A stretch of DNA of 64,000 bases from the human T2T-CHM13v2.0 reference genome, Homo sapiens. Below, in pieces: positions 13,036 to 27,627 of this stretch. The stretch is taken from assembly GCF_009914755.1 (NCBI RefSeq), contig NC_060934.1; one strand, written 5' to 3'. Position 1 is the first letter of the stretch; every line of letters begins with the position of its first letter. The translations under genes and the position numbers were made by a program. The notes under the pieces were generated by a model. That model saw only the letters and a list, made by a program, of their open reading frames with translations. It did not search any database and was not told where the DNA came from.

Positions 13036-14133
13036 GTATGGAAATATTTTAGTATGTAAAATATGTATAATTCCTGACTTCTTATAAACCCTTTAGATTG
13101 TTTCACCATATATTGGAATCTGGTTTGTGGTGGTAGTGTTTTTTGTTATTATTTATGTTTTCGAGAAAAATAAAGCTTAAAGTGTGAAGACATCTTTTGT
13201 ATTTATATTATACCAACAGCAAGAATGTTTAAACAATACAAATGTAAATGGTTCTGAAATCTTTTTTGATTGTTGTAGAGCCAGCATTGTGCTTTTTATG
13301 TAATGATTTTTTAAAATTCTGTTTTTTAATTGTGAAAGTAATATGTACCCAAAATTTAAAATAGGGAATGTGAGAAGTAAAAAGTAAAAGTTTCCTTTAA
13401 TTTCATTCCTAAAGAAAAAATTATTAATAGATTGGGAAGTATTGTTTTTGGACCTTTTCTCTCTCTATATAAAATCCATATACAGAGCTTTCTATCTGTA
13501 TATACACAAACATGGTCATATATATGATGTGTATATCTTCATACCTTTGTTTTTATATGTATGATATAATTTTTTTTTTTAAACAAAAAAGAGATCTTAC
13601 TATGCTTACCATTCTATGACTTGGTATTTCATTTAGCGTATCTTAAATCTCTTCCTACCTTAAATCATGTGCGTTTTATCTGTTATGTCTTTAACTTGTT
13701 TTTTTAAATTTTAAATCAGCTTTTAAAACTAAGTCTCCATTGATGGACATTTGTATTGTTTCTGTGTTTTACTATTTTGAACAGTGTTTCAGTAAAGAAA
13801 CATTCCATTGCAAATATATTTGGTGCTAATTTTCCCAAACTCAGGCCAAGATTGGATATTTAATAATGTCTGGTTTGATAGGTGAAAAATGGCTCACTTG
13901 AGCCTACTTTATATTTTTTTAATTGTAAATTAGTTGATTAGTACATCTTAGAATTTTTTCCTGTGAATTGTCACATGTTCTTTGTCCATTTATCTAGTAT
14001 TGTATGACTTTTCTTGTTTACTGATTTATTAAAATGTATTTAAAAAAATGAATACATTATTAATGTATTAGTGTATGGGTTGCAAATTTTCTGGCTTATT
14101 GTTTGCTTCTCCCCTGCCCCCATTGTGTTTTTC

Positions 14134-14442
14134 TTTTTTTTCTTCCTTTTTTTAGTTTTTAGAGACAGGATCTTGCTTTGTCATCCAGGCTGGAGTATAG
14201 CGGTATGATCATAGCTCACTGCTGTCTTGAACTCCTGGGCACAAGTGATTCTCCTGCCTCGACCTCCTCTGAATAGCTGGAACTACAGGGGCATGCCACC
14301 ACTCCTGGCTGTTTTGATTTTTTTTGTAGAAATGGGGTCTTGGTATGTTGCCTAGGCTGGACTTGAACTCTTGGCCTCAAGAGATCCTCTTCCCTTGGCC
14401 TTCCAAAGTGTTGAGATTACATGTTTGAGCTGCCAAGCCTGG
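14134..14442 (-). mobile_element. AluJ with TSD
   Basis: Diverged Alu flanked by CCCATTGTGTTTTTC repeats. Confidence 0.9.
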
Positions 14443-14970
14443 CCCATTGTGTTTTTCAGTATTCATCTATTCAGCAAATTTTATTAAGTCATCTGTTTTT
14501 TTTCCAGGCAATATTTTCAGTTTTGAGGACAAATGGTACTGCCCTCATGGAGACTGACAATAAATAAATATGTAATATACTGTGAGGAGGTATTGTTTTA
14601 TATAAGGTGGTACCATATAAACTTTTAAAAATGAAGTTATACTTGTCTGTTTATTCCTCTTGTGCCTTCTGGATTTTGTAGTATATTTTCAGACATTATT
14701 CTATTCAAGGCTGTTAAAAACTACTAATTGTTTTTGTAAATATTTTTACCCTATTATTATTAATGCAAATTTTTCTTTTTTAAAACATTTAGAAACCAGG
14801 GTTTTAAGGCAGTAAAAAGTGTGTTACCAGTGGAGTTCAAAGTTGAGTCTGTGACTATGGTCTCTGAAAGTAGAATAGTGTTTTAACAAAATTTATGGGG
14901 ATTGGTGGATAACTCCATAGCCAATTCATAGAGGAAATTAAAATCATTAATAATGAAAAAAATTTTTCAC

Positions 14971-15267
<297 letters not shown>

Positions 15268-15936
15268 TTCTAACAAGTTATCCAGTTAAAACATGATACT
15301 GTTTTGCCTATGAAATGATTAAAATGTTAAAAAAAAATGAGATAATGTGCTTTCATATATTGTAAATGGTTCTAGAAAGCAAATTGGCAATAGTGTGTTA
15401 AGAGTGAGAACATTAAAATATTTTATATCTTTTCATCCACCAATTCACTTTTAGGTGTATACTCCAAGGAAATGGGTTTATTTCTATTTCTAAGGAAATA
15501 ATAAGAATGCAGAAGAAAATATGTAAAGATGTTTGGCAAAACTTGGTGAATAATTTAAATGTTTAATAATAAGGGAATAATTAAGTCATTTCACATGTTT
15601 TATATAGCCATCAAATGTTGTAAACAATTTTTAATTATGGGGAGAAAAAGCTTACAACATAAGTGTGGGGAAAAGAATAGAAGGGAAATATTTTAAAATA
15701 TTAATAGTAACCAACCAGAGTGGCAGGATTATACATGATAATATTCTTTTTCATAGTTCTCTGTATTTTTCCATGAAACTATATTATTTAACTAGGAAAA
15801 ATTAAAGAATTCATTGAATTGAGTAGATGAAAGGTTGTGATTTGGTAGTGACTTATTTGGATAGGTAATTAATATCTTGATTATTTAACCTTAATGAAAA
15901 TGTTTTTTTAATTTTTTAAAACAATCTTTTTTTTAG

Positions 15937-15973
15937 GTTACTGTGCATAATGATAGTGATGATACTCTTTATG
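15937..15973 (+). CDS. KIF20B: KIF20B exon 7 (37 nt)
   Basis: tag|GTT; VTVHNDSDDTLY; ATG|gtaagg; its phase is needed to join exons 6 and 8. Confidence 0.92.
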
Positions 15974-16088
15974 GTAAGGTTTCGTTGCTCACTTATCTTT
16001 GATGTATCGATTATATGAAGTACACTTGAAAAGCTTTTAATTTTTAAATCACTTCTAATGTTTTATTTTTATTATTAAAAAATTTTTA

Positions 16089-16375
16089 GGCTGGGCGCGG
16101 TGGCTCACGCCTGTAATCCCAGCACTTTGGGAGGCTGAGGTGGGTGGATCATGAGGTCAAGAGATTGAGACCATCCTGGCCAACATGATGAAACCCCGTC
16201 TCTACTAAAAATAAAAAAATTACCTGGGCGTGGTGGCGCGGGCCTGTAGTCCTAGCTACCTGGGAGGCTGAAGCAGGAGAATCCTTGAACTCAGGAGGTG
16301 GAGGTTGCAGTGAGCCGAGATCGCGCCACTGCACTCCAGCCTGACAACAGAGTGAAACTGTCTCAAAAAAAAAAA
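16089..16375 (+). mobile_element. AluS (Sc-like)
   Basis: Alu consensus. Confidence 0.94.
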
Positions 16376-16844
16376 TTTTCACCTTGTATTTATTTATTTT
16401 TTTTCTATAGACCTCTTCTTTGGTTACTAAGGATTTAATTTCTATAATGACATAGTCGGTGATACCTGGAAAATGATACATATTTATATGAAATGTCAGT
16501 CATTGTGATGTTTCGTTTGTATTAAATATTACAGATATCCCTTTTACTGGTTACAATTTTAATATTGAATTTGAAAGACACTTGTTTTTCTTTGTCCTTT
16601 ACATTTAATTTCTATTGGTTCATTAACATATTTTCAAAAAGAAAGGAATTATAAGAAGTTGTCTAACTTTGATTAATCCACATATTATTTACATCTTCCT
16701 TTGTTCCAAAAAGTTTTTAACATAGATGGTCAAAAGATTAAGCATACTTGGTTTTTCAAGTGTGAGAATCGATTTGTACTTTTGTCACGTTTTTAGTCAG
16801 TTGCTTACTTTCGTGATTGTTTTTTCTTTTTCTTTTTTTTGTAG

Positions 16845-17072
16845 GAAGTTTAACTAACTCTTTGAATATCTCAGAGTTTGAAGAATCCATAAAAGATTAT
16901 GAACAAGCCAACTTGAATATGGCTAATAGTATAAAATTTTCTGTGTGGGTTTCTTTCTTTGAAATTTACAATGAATATATTTATGACTTATTTGTTCCTG
17001 TATCATCTAAATTCCAAAAGAGAAAGATGCTGCGCCTTTCCCAAGACGTAAAGGGCTATTCTTTTATAAAAG
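16845..17072 (+). CDS. KIF20B: KIF20B exon 8
   Basis: GSLTNSLNISEFEES...SVWVSFFEIYNEYIYDLF...YSFIK; 228 nt. Confidence 0.96.
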
Positions 17073-17598
17073 GTATACTAATGAATATTTTTATCTTATT
17101 GCTCTGAAGTTCTCTTCCTGGGCTTTGTGATAGCTGTAAGACTAAAACAAATAGAAAATTGAAAATTGTAATGCTAATTATTAACATTAAGAGAAGAAGA
17201 TAATTTTGTGCTTTGGAAGTATGTTTTGGTATATTTATTAAACTTGAATATAAAAGGGTCTATTTTGGTATTGTATTTGCTTGAGTATCATTAATTGGAT
17301 TTGTGGTGATGGGAAAAGCTGTGTATGGTTATGTTCACGTTATTCTCCTGCTTTGTAACAGTGTCCAAATTTTGGAGCTATGAAATGTTACTATTCTTCC
17401 GGAGTGGTTTTTCTAACCTTTTAAAACAATTATTCACAGTAGGAAACACATATTAATAACATCATGATTCAGTACCTACATGCATGTATATATATTCATA
17501 TGTAATATTTACAACTCAAAAGTTTCGTTAATTATACTTTTACTACAAGGAATGCACTGTAATATTTTCTATATTCTTTGTCATTTCTACAAAATGCT

Positions 17599-17922
17599 GG
17601 CCAGATGCAGTGGCTCACACCTGTAATCCCAGCACTTTGGGAGGCTGAGGCAGGTGGATCACTTGAGCTCAGGAATTCGAGACGAGCTTGGTCAACATGG
17701 CAAAACGCCATCTCTACAAAAAATACAAAAATTAGCCTGGCATGATCGTATGCATCTGTAGTCCCAGCTACTCAGGAGGCTGAGGGTGAGGCAGGAGGAT
17801 CACTTGAGCCTAGGAGGTCAAGGCTGTAGAGAGCCATGATCACGCCTTTGCACTCCAGGCTGGGCAACAGAGTGAAACCTTGTCTCCAAAATAAATAAAT
17901 AAATAAATAAATAAATAAAAAT
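17599..17922 (+). mobile_element. AluJ with (TAAA)n tail
   Basis: Alu consensus. Confidence 0.92.
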
Positions 17923-18331
17923 TAAAATACTGGTCATGATTCAATAAATCTGATTTTATGATTCACTAATAAATTACAATCTTCAGTGTTTAATAGCTAG
18001 GTAATTTTACAGGTTTAATCTGTACTGTACTTTGCCACTCTTTTTTTCCCTGAGTGTCTAATTCTAAGGAATTGTTACTGTATTCAATTTTCCGTTTGGC
18101 AGACTCTGTTGACAAACATTTATTTTGTGTGTTTGTGTAATTTACATTCTAGAACATTGTTACAATCTTCTCTGGTGTAACCTGAAATAGCTGAGTTGAC
18201 TCCAGCTAGGATGTGTTGTTAGAAGAAAGATTTCATTATATGTCACTAGGAAAAGACTTTCAAAGAGATTACATTGTAGAACACATTCTTTGTCTCAATA
18301 AATTAATATATATCCTCTTTATTTTTTAAAG

Positions 18332-18443
18332 ATCTACAATGGATTCAAGTATCTGATTCCAAAGAAGCCTATAGACTTTTAAAACTAGGAATAAAGCACC
18401 AGAGTGTTGCCTTCACAAAATTGAATAATGCTTCCAGTAGAAG
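18332..18443 (+). CDS. KIF20B: KIF20B exon 9 (switch I)
   Basis: DLQWIQVSDSKEAYRLLKLG...LNNASSR(S); 112 nt. Confidence 0.96.
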
Positions 18444-19319
18444 GTAAAGAATAAACTCTGTAAGAGTAAACTCGAATCACCGATAGTATTCTGTGTTAAT
18501 TTAAACACAGCTAATTTTACATTAAAGTGGGCAGTAGGTTCTCTCGTGTTAAATTCATAAGGCATAAAAAACATTTGGTATACAGAATAACACTAAACAC
18601 GTTTATCAATACTGTTTCCTGTCCTGACAGTAGATTTATTAATTTATAGGAAATCTCTGAGGTATTTTTACTCTTTCTTTATGTCAGTATCTAAGCTCAG
18701 TATTTTTGGAGTTGGTAATAATGGTGGCCTTTTCTCTGGGTCTTTCTCACTTATCCCCTGAATACTATATAAATATACTCAGTGAGGGTATAATCTCAAG
18801 GGGTTAAGGAAGGAAGTTTTGATGGGATTGGGGGATGAGAGGCAAAGGAAATAAGTTTAAGCAGTGAGATAATTAAAGCAGGCTTTTTCTTAGAGAAGGA
18901 GCCCTGTTCCCGTAGTCAGTTGGGCATGGGACAATACAAGATCCGGATCTATAGGTCAAATGTATGCTTTGCTTTAGGTATGTATTCAGAGTATTGGCTA
19001 GCTGTACATAATATCATTTTAACTAATATTATCTTTTCAAACAAAATGTCGCTTTATTATAAATGATACTATTAATAGAAGTTGAACTGTCAGGATATAA
19101 TTTGAGGGATTTAGAGCTAGGCAAAAGGTGATTTTAGGCATTTGGGTATGTAAGTGACAGTAGAACACTGGCTTGAAATATTTAACAGCTAATTGGAAAA
19201 TGCAATGGTGGACTGTAGTTATACTAGGGTATAAATAAGATTGATTTGAATACTTGTCTCTCCTATTTAGAATGCAGAAATTAAAAATGATAAGATAACA
19301 TTTGATCTTTGTATTTCAG

Positions 19320-19391
19320 TCACAGCATATTCACTGTTAAAATATTACAGATTGAAGATTCTGAAATGTCTCGTGTAATTCGAGTCAGTGA
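19320..19391 (+). CDS. KIF20B: KIF20B exon 10
   Basis: (S)HSIFTVKILQIEDSEMSRVIRVS(E); TGA|gtaagt; 72 nt. Confidence 0.94.
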
Positions 19392-19471
19392 GTAAGTTGA
19401 ATATTCTTTAAATTTAATTATTTGTAATTGTTTTGAAGAACTTTTAAAGTACTTTTTTTTTCTTAATTCAG

Positions 19472-19618
19472 ATTATCTTTATGTGATCTTGCTGGTTCAG
19501 AACGAACTATGAAGACACAGAATGAAGGTGAAAGGTTAAGAGAGACTGGGAATATCAACACTTCTTTATTGACTCTGGGAAAGTGTATTAACGTCTTGAA
19601 GAATAGTGAAAAGTCAAA
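19472..19618 (+). CDS. KIF20B: KIF20B exon 11 (switch II)
   Basis: [39 protein letters not shown]; 147 nt; preceding intron 80 nt. Confidence 0.97.
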
Positions 19619-20132
19619 GTAAGTGTTTCTGAAAGTGTTATTAGCATATTAAATATTACAATATTTAAACTTTCAACTTTTTTGTTTTTAGAAAGTTCTT
19701 TTTTGATTTTTAAACTGCTTCTTATGTAATGACTGTGTATAGATTGTGATTCAAGTACTTAAGAGATCTTGGATTAAAGACAATGATAGAAATGTCAGTT
19801 GATGCCAGTAACTCATCAGGTAAAGTCAGTATTTTCCATGGCAAATCTATACCAATAGACACTGTAAATGAGAAGCTTCTAATGCTGGTTTAGGATCTAA
19901 AACCACTTTATTCTTATTAATGCATTGTGTGTGGTTCTAGATGCAATAGATTTTTACATTAATTAGCATTTTAGGCTGAGTAAATATAAATCAGCCTTCA
20001 CCATTTCTATTTAGGGTGTTTCATGACATCTCTTATATACTTGCTCTATACTAGGGAACATAACCCAGTTAAATGTGGTTTTCTTTATAATTTACATAGT
20101 GGGTTATTGTTAGTAAGTAGCAGCAGTTAAAC

Positions 20133-20446
20133 AGCCAGGCATGGTGGCTTATGCCTGTAATCCCAGCACTTTTGGAGGCCGAGGCAGGAGGATTGCTTGA
20201 GCCCAGGAGTTCAAGACCAGCCTCATCTCTACTAAAAATAAAAATAAAAAAATTAACCAGGTGTGGTGGCAGGCACCTGTAATCCCTGCTACCCTGGAGG
20301 CAGAGGCGAGAGGATCGCTTGAGCCTAAGATGTTGAGGCTACAGTGAGCTCTGATTGTGCCACTGTACTCCAGTCTGGGCAACCGAGCTAGACCCTGTCT
20401 CAAAACAGAAACAAAAACAAAAACAAACAAGAAAAGATAAAAAGAA
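20133..20446 (+). mobile_element. AluJ
   Basis: Alu consensus. Confidence 0.92.
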
Positions 20447-20600
20447 AACTGAGAAGGACTATTACATCTGAAACTAATCACTACCCTAAAGTTTAATTTC
20501 ATGATAGGTGGCTTAATTATTTCTTTGTAAAATGTCTCAGCACCCTGATTTCATGAGATGTTTTTTAACTTACAATGTTTTCTGAAAATTTTTTCTGTAG

Positions 20601-20763
20601 GTTTCAACAGCATGTGCCTTTCCGGGAAAGTAAACTGACTCACTATTTTCAAAGTTTTTTTAATGGTAAAGGGAAAATTTGTATGATTGTCAATATCAGC
20701 CAATGTTATTTAGCCTATGATGAAACACTCAATGTATTGAAGTTCTCCGCCATTGCACAAAAA
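20601..20763 (+). CDS. KIF20B: KIF20B exon 12 (end of motor domain)
   Basis: FQQHVPFRESKLTHYFQ...YDETLNVLKFSAIAQK; 163 nt. Confidence 0.97.
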
Positions 20764-21309
20764 GTAAATATTTATTTTATTAAGCCTCTTATTATTAGAA
20801 TATTAACAGTTTTTCTTGAAATAAATATTTTTTACTTAATACTGTAAGCCTAGGAAATAATTGAAAATTAAAAAGGTAAATATTTAACCAAGTAGGAAGA
20901 CATGAGAAAGGATTGAAAGTTGCCCATGCTAGGATTAAAATGACCTTTAGTAATAAGAATTAGTAATAAACATCAGTTATAAATTAATGAGTATTTTTGG
21001 AATGAATTGTCTGCTCTGCCATTCATCTTGTTCATTTGGTACTTCTGGGTGATTGGAAAACCCTCTGCTAAGATTAATACTGAACACTTAGCCCAGGAAG
21101 ATAGATTTTTCCTCTAGTTTACATGTGTAAGTAGCTTTTTTCCTATCAGAATGTTCTTTTAGGGATGGTGATTCCTGTTTGTATGTTTGTTTGAATAGTT
21201 TTTCCTTAACACTTGAGTGTTCATTTGACTTAAATTTATAAAATAATCATTTTCTAGTGGACAGTTCTTGTCTTTTCTGTTTTAAAAGTCACATTGAATA
21301 TTTTAACAG

Positions 21310-21597
21310 GTTTGTGTCCCAGACACTTTAAATTCCTCTCAAGATAAATTATTTGGACCTGTCAAATCTTCTCAAGATGTATCACTAGACAGTAATTCAA
21401 ACAGTAAAATATTAAATGTAAAAAGAGCCACCATTTCATGGGAAAATAGTCTAGAAGATTTGATGGAAGACGAGGATTTGGTTGAGGAGCTAGAAAACGC
21501 TGAAGAAACTCAAAATGTGGAAACTAAACTTCTTGATGAAGATCTAGATAAAACATTAGAGGAAAATAAGGCTTTCATTAGCCACGAGGAGAAAAGA
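21310..21597 (+). CDS. KIF20B: KIF20B exon 13
   Basis: VCVPDTLNSSQDKLFGPV...ISHEEKR; AGA|gtatgt; 288 nt. Confidence 0.95.
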
Positions 21598-21714
21598 GTA
21601 TGTATTAAGAACTCATACTTCTATGCTTGTCTTCTTATTCTGAAGTTAAGGTTAAATCTTAAGGCTCTCTCTCTTCAGTTTTTTTCAACAGTACACTGAA
21701 GTTTTTGTGTTCAA

Positions 21715-22400
21715 CTTTATATTTTGAAAAATTTCAAACCTATAGAAAGACTAGTACAATGAATACTCATTTATCCTTCACCTGGATTCTCCACTTACCA
21801 TTTTATGAGTATGTGAATACACATCTTTTGGTCTGTACAATTTGAAAATAAGATCCAGACATAATGACACCTTACATCTAAATATTTGAACATATTTTTC
21901 TAAGAACATGGGCATTTTCATCATGATCACAAGACCATGAAATTTTCATACCCAAAAAATTTAATATTGATACACTAATATAACCTCGTATACTGTTTGT
22001 ATTGAGAGTTCCCCAGTGTTCCCAATATGTTCTTTATAGCCACTTTGTTTTTGTCTACAGCCAGAGTTAACACATTGCTTTTGATTATTGTGTTTCTTTA
22101 ATCATTTCTAATCTAGCACTGACATTTTTGAAAAGTGGGTCCTAGTTTTCTCATAGAATACCTGCAATTTAGATTTGTTTGATTATTTCTTCATGATTTA
22201 GGTTTAATACATTAGGGAAGCTTTTTATGTAGGTTAAGTTGTAAATTTTCCATTGCATCACACCAAGAGCCACATGATGTCTGATTTTTCCATTCTTAGA
22301 GATGCTAAGTTTTGCTCACTTGGTTAAGATAACAGTATTTCAGATCTGTATTGCAAAACCATATTATCTGTGGGGTGTTACTTATAGACCATGTGAGTAT
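21715..22400 (-). mobile_element. Old L1MC-type 3' end fragment
   Basis: Homologous to 2235-3030 ('actgacattttt-gaa', 'gatgctaagt', 'cacttggttaag'). Confidence 0.6.
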
Positions 22401-22570
22401 CCTTTCACTAAGTGATTTTATGTATTCCATCAGACCTTTATTTTGCAGTCTCAAGTACAAGTGTTAAAAATATCTACCAAGTACCTATGATCCCATATCT
22501 TCAAAAACACTAATTGTTTGTCGTCTTGTTATTATGATAAATAAATAAGATTTAACGGTTGTTTTTTTAG

Positions 22571-22897
<327 letters not shown>

Positions 22898-23281
22898 ACC
22901 TATTCCCATCTTTAATTGGCCATAACTCCGTGAGTATAGATGGAGTCCTCTTACCAGTGTCCTACAAACACTAGTAGACCTGTGTTCATGGGTGTGCTTT
23001 AATGGTGTTGACACATCACACATCACAGTACTCTTCTGGATTGCAGAAGTATAAGTAGAACGATGATGTATTAGGCTAAATACTCTCATTTTAATAATTT
23101 ACCTTCATGTCCCTGAAAGCAATTATTGAACATATGTTTGGAAACAAGAATGATAGCTTCAGATGTAGTACAAGTCCCACTTTATCTGGTCACTATGTGA
23201 TTAGACCGTGTTACTTGGGCTTCTGTAATGTATTAAATAGTACCTCCTCAGTGACGAAAGGAGCCTTTAATAGTCTAGTTT

Positions 23282-23585
23282 GGCTGGTGCAGTGGCTCAC
23301 ACCTGTAATTCGAGCACTTTGGGAAGCTGAGGTAGGAGGATTGCTTGAGCTCAGGAGTTCAAAACTAGCCTGGGCAACATAGTGAGACCCCATCTCTACA
23401 AAAAAGTAAAATTAGTTAGGCATGATGATGCACAGGTGTAGTCCCAGCTACTTGGGAGGCTGCAGTGGGAAGATTGCTTGAGCCCAGGATTTCTAGGCAG
23501 CAGTGAGCCATCACTGCACTACTGCACTCTGGCCTGGGTGACAGAGTGAGACCTTGTCTTAAAAACAAAGAAACAAACCAAAAAA
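23282..23585 (+). mobile_element. AluJ
   Basis: Alu consensus. Confidence 0.92.
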
Positions 23586-23803
23586 CCCAGTTTTTTTTTT
23601 TCATTTCAAAGTTGAAATTTTTGTATAATGTTGGTTAGTAAAATTTCTGAAATTACTAGAGAAAAATATTTAATGCTATAGTTTATGATGGATTATATAG
23701 TATAAATGCTTATCATATAAGATTGACTAAATATTTTAAGGAAATTCATCAAAATGTCTAATATTTGACATTTAAAAATCAATATGATTAGGTGTTGGCA
23801 TGC

Positions 23804-24098
23804 TTTATTTTTTTCTTCTAGAGACAAAGTCTTGCTCTGTTACCTAGGCTGGAGTGCAATAGTGTAGTTATGGCTCACTGCAGCTTCGAAATCCTGGGCT
23901 CAAGTGATCCTCTTGCCTCAGTCTCCTGAGTAGCTGGGACCACAGATGCATGCCACCACCCCTAACTAATTTTTAAAAATGTTTTGTAGACATGAGGCCT
24001 TGCTCTATTGCCCAGGCTGATCTTGAACCCTTGGGCTCAGGCAATCCTCCTGCCTTGCAAAGCGCTGGGATTACAGATGTGAGTCAATGTGCCCAGCC
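23804..24098 (-). mobile_element. AluJ
   Basis: Alu consensus. Confidence 0.92.
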
Positions 24099-24279
24099 CT
24101 TTCTTGACATTTTAATTAAAGGATTGGGACTTTTAAAAACCATTATAAAATACCTTGGTATTAGCATACATATACTTAAATTCGTTTAGCTGTAATAGCC
24201 AGCCTAAATTTTTTCAGCAAAAACTTTATCAGATGCTAACAATGATAAAACCTAATTATTGAAAACTATTAAACTTCCC

Positions 24280-24640
<361 letters not shown>

Positions 24641-25854
24641 TTATTGTTTTACTCAGAAAGTATGTAGTTTAAAATTATTAAAATAGTATTATGTATTTAT
24701 AGTAGAGTGAAAAAGAAAATCTAAATATAAAGATCTCTCAAATCTACCATGAATGTTAATGGATTTTTATTATATATTACTGTTTTGTAACCTGGTATTC
24801 TTTATATAAAAATAAATTGTGAAAAGTATGAATTATTAATATAGGTTATCATTGATTACGGTAGTTTATGGTAGTACCATAATTAAACCAATCCTTTAAC
24901 GTTGGTTGAGTTGGGTTCACTTTTTCATTATTTAAACACAACTACCATCACAAAACAACAACACTGTGATCAGCATTCATACAACCAGAACATGGGGTTA
25001 TATTATAATTATTTTCAGTATAAATTCTTGGAGGCAGAGTTTCAAAGTCTGGATAGCTGTAGAACTATTTTCAAATATAAAGTTGAGACATTGGAAGATC
25101 TGTAGCTTAGAGTTTATTGTTTAATTTGTTGTTGAGTAACTTTAAATAGAAACATTAAAAAGAATATGTAGCTGTTTCCTTAATGCTACAATTTATGTTA
25201 TGAATGTATAATGGTCATGTTAAGTGTTTTATTTATTGCTTTATTTATATATTGCACATTTTTCATGATTATGTATGTGTTTCAAAGGCTATAGAATTGC
25301 TGTTGACATCTGGATAGTTATAAAAGCCTAATATAAGTTTATGTAACATCTTTATTTGACAGATTAGTAAGTGGGTGTTCTTAGCAACTTCTCTGGTGTA
25401 TGCAATCCTTGGGCTTTAGACTTTTACAGGCCACTTTTAAACTCAACCTTTAGCATTTACCAGAGATCTGATCCTTATGCTTCCCACCTGTGAAATATGG
25501 ATGATACCAAGCTCACAGAAAGTTGTGGATTAAATGAAGCAAATATGGAACTCCCCAGAGTAGTTCTTGATAGATAATAAATGCACTAATTAACTTTACT
25601 TATTTTCTTAGTATAGCTAAACAGTGAGACGAGTTACCAAAGGTCTATTTCTAAAATGTGGAAAGGCCAACCTGATTTTTCAGTTAACAAATCTTTGCAA
25701 ACATATAATTTTCAGTGAGAACATTATCACTATTAAAAAGGACACAGAATTACAATTGACTAAATGTAAAGTTTTATTTTTTGAACAGTTGGACGGTATT
25801 TCTCTTGGGATATATTTATTCTTTTATAAGAATTTTATCATTTACATGTAATAG

Positions 25855-25994
25855 AAACTGTTGGACTTAATAGAAGACTTGAAAAAAAAACTGATAAATG
25901 AAAAAAAGGAAAAATTAACCTTGGAATTTAAAATTCGAGAAGAAGTTACACAGGAGTTTACTCAGTATTGGGCTCAACGGGAAGCTGACTTTAA
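25855..25994 (+). CDS. KIF20B: KIF20B exon 14
   Basis: KLLDLIEDLKKKLINEKKEKLTLEFKIREEVTQEFTQYWAQREADF(K); 140 nt. Confidence 0.95.
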
Positions 25995-26135
25995 GTAAGT
26001 TATTTATTTCATGTCCAGGTAAAAATTGAGAATTTTATTTACTTTTTTAGTTTTTTTTTTTACTTAGTTTACTTTTTATATTAGGTGGCTTCTGAATTCT
26101 GATCTCTTTATACAAGCTTGAAAATAGCTGTTACT

Positions 26136-26436
<301 letters not shown>

Positions 26437-26482
26437 AATATAGCTGTAACTAATCCCATGCATGGTTATTTAAATTTTCTCT

Positions 26483-26805
<323 letters not shown>

Positions 26806-26910
26806 TAAATTTTCTTTTAATCTAGAATATACTTAAACTTAGATGTTTAAAACAAAAACACAAAGTAGTTCGTTTTCTGTTTCTTAATGGGATTAATTTG
26901 TATTTTGAAG

Positions 26911-27049
26911 GGAGACTCTGCTTCAAGAACGAGAGATATTAGAAGAAAATGCTGAACGTCGTTTGGCTATCTTCAAGGATTTGGTTGGTAAATGTGACAC
27001 TCGAGAAGAAGCAGCGAAAGACATTTGTGCCACAAAAGTTGAAACTGAA
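26911..27049 (+). CDS. KIF20B: KIF20B exon 15
   Basis: ETLLQEREILEENAERRLAIFKDLVGKC...KVETE; GAA|gtatgt; 139 nt. Confidence 0.95.
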
Positions 27050-27480
27050 GTATGTTAATTGAAGTATTTAAAAATATCCAGTGAGGTTTTGGTACCAGGG
27101 TTTAGTGTACCACATCAATGATGAGAAACACCAAGATAGTTTAGAATTAAAACAATGCTTTGTGTGTAGCTTTATTATAATTAGGCATGTTTTTTTAGAA
27201 GTGTAAGGCACCAAGAATTTAAATATAATGATTGGTTTTGAAAAATTTATACCTCTGTTATATATATATATCTTATTTTGGTATTGCTTGAATCATTGTG
27301 TTGTAGGCAGATAGATTCTTTTTTGAGATTTGTCTTACTTAACATTTTTAAATAAAAAGAATTTTAAAGGTGTAAGAGACCTAAGACGTCATTTACTTGC
27401 TGTTCTGATTAAAACAAAAATGTTTATGTATAAAAAGGGTTGCCCTTGCCGGGCAACTACCGTTTCTTACTCTTTTAAAA

Positions 27481-27627
27481 TTTTATTTGTTTATTTATTT
27501 ATTATAGTTTTAGAGTTAGGGTCTTGCCGTGTTACCCAGGCTGATCTTGAATTCCTGGCTTCAAGCAGTCCTCCTGCCCAGCCTCCCAGGTGGCTGAGAT
27601 TACAGGTGCACGCCACTGTGCTCAGCT
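27481..27627 (-). mobile_element. FLAM/Alu monomer
   Basis: Single diverged Alu arm. Confidence 0.8.

Noticed and set aside
21715-22400. Apparent segmental duplication of 2235-3030
   Set aside because: Both are diverged copies of the same old L1 3' end family
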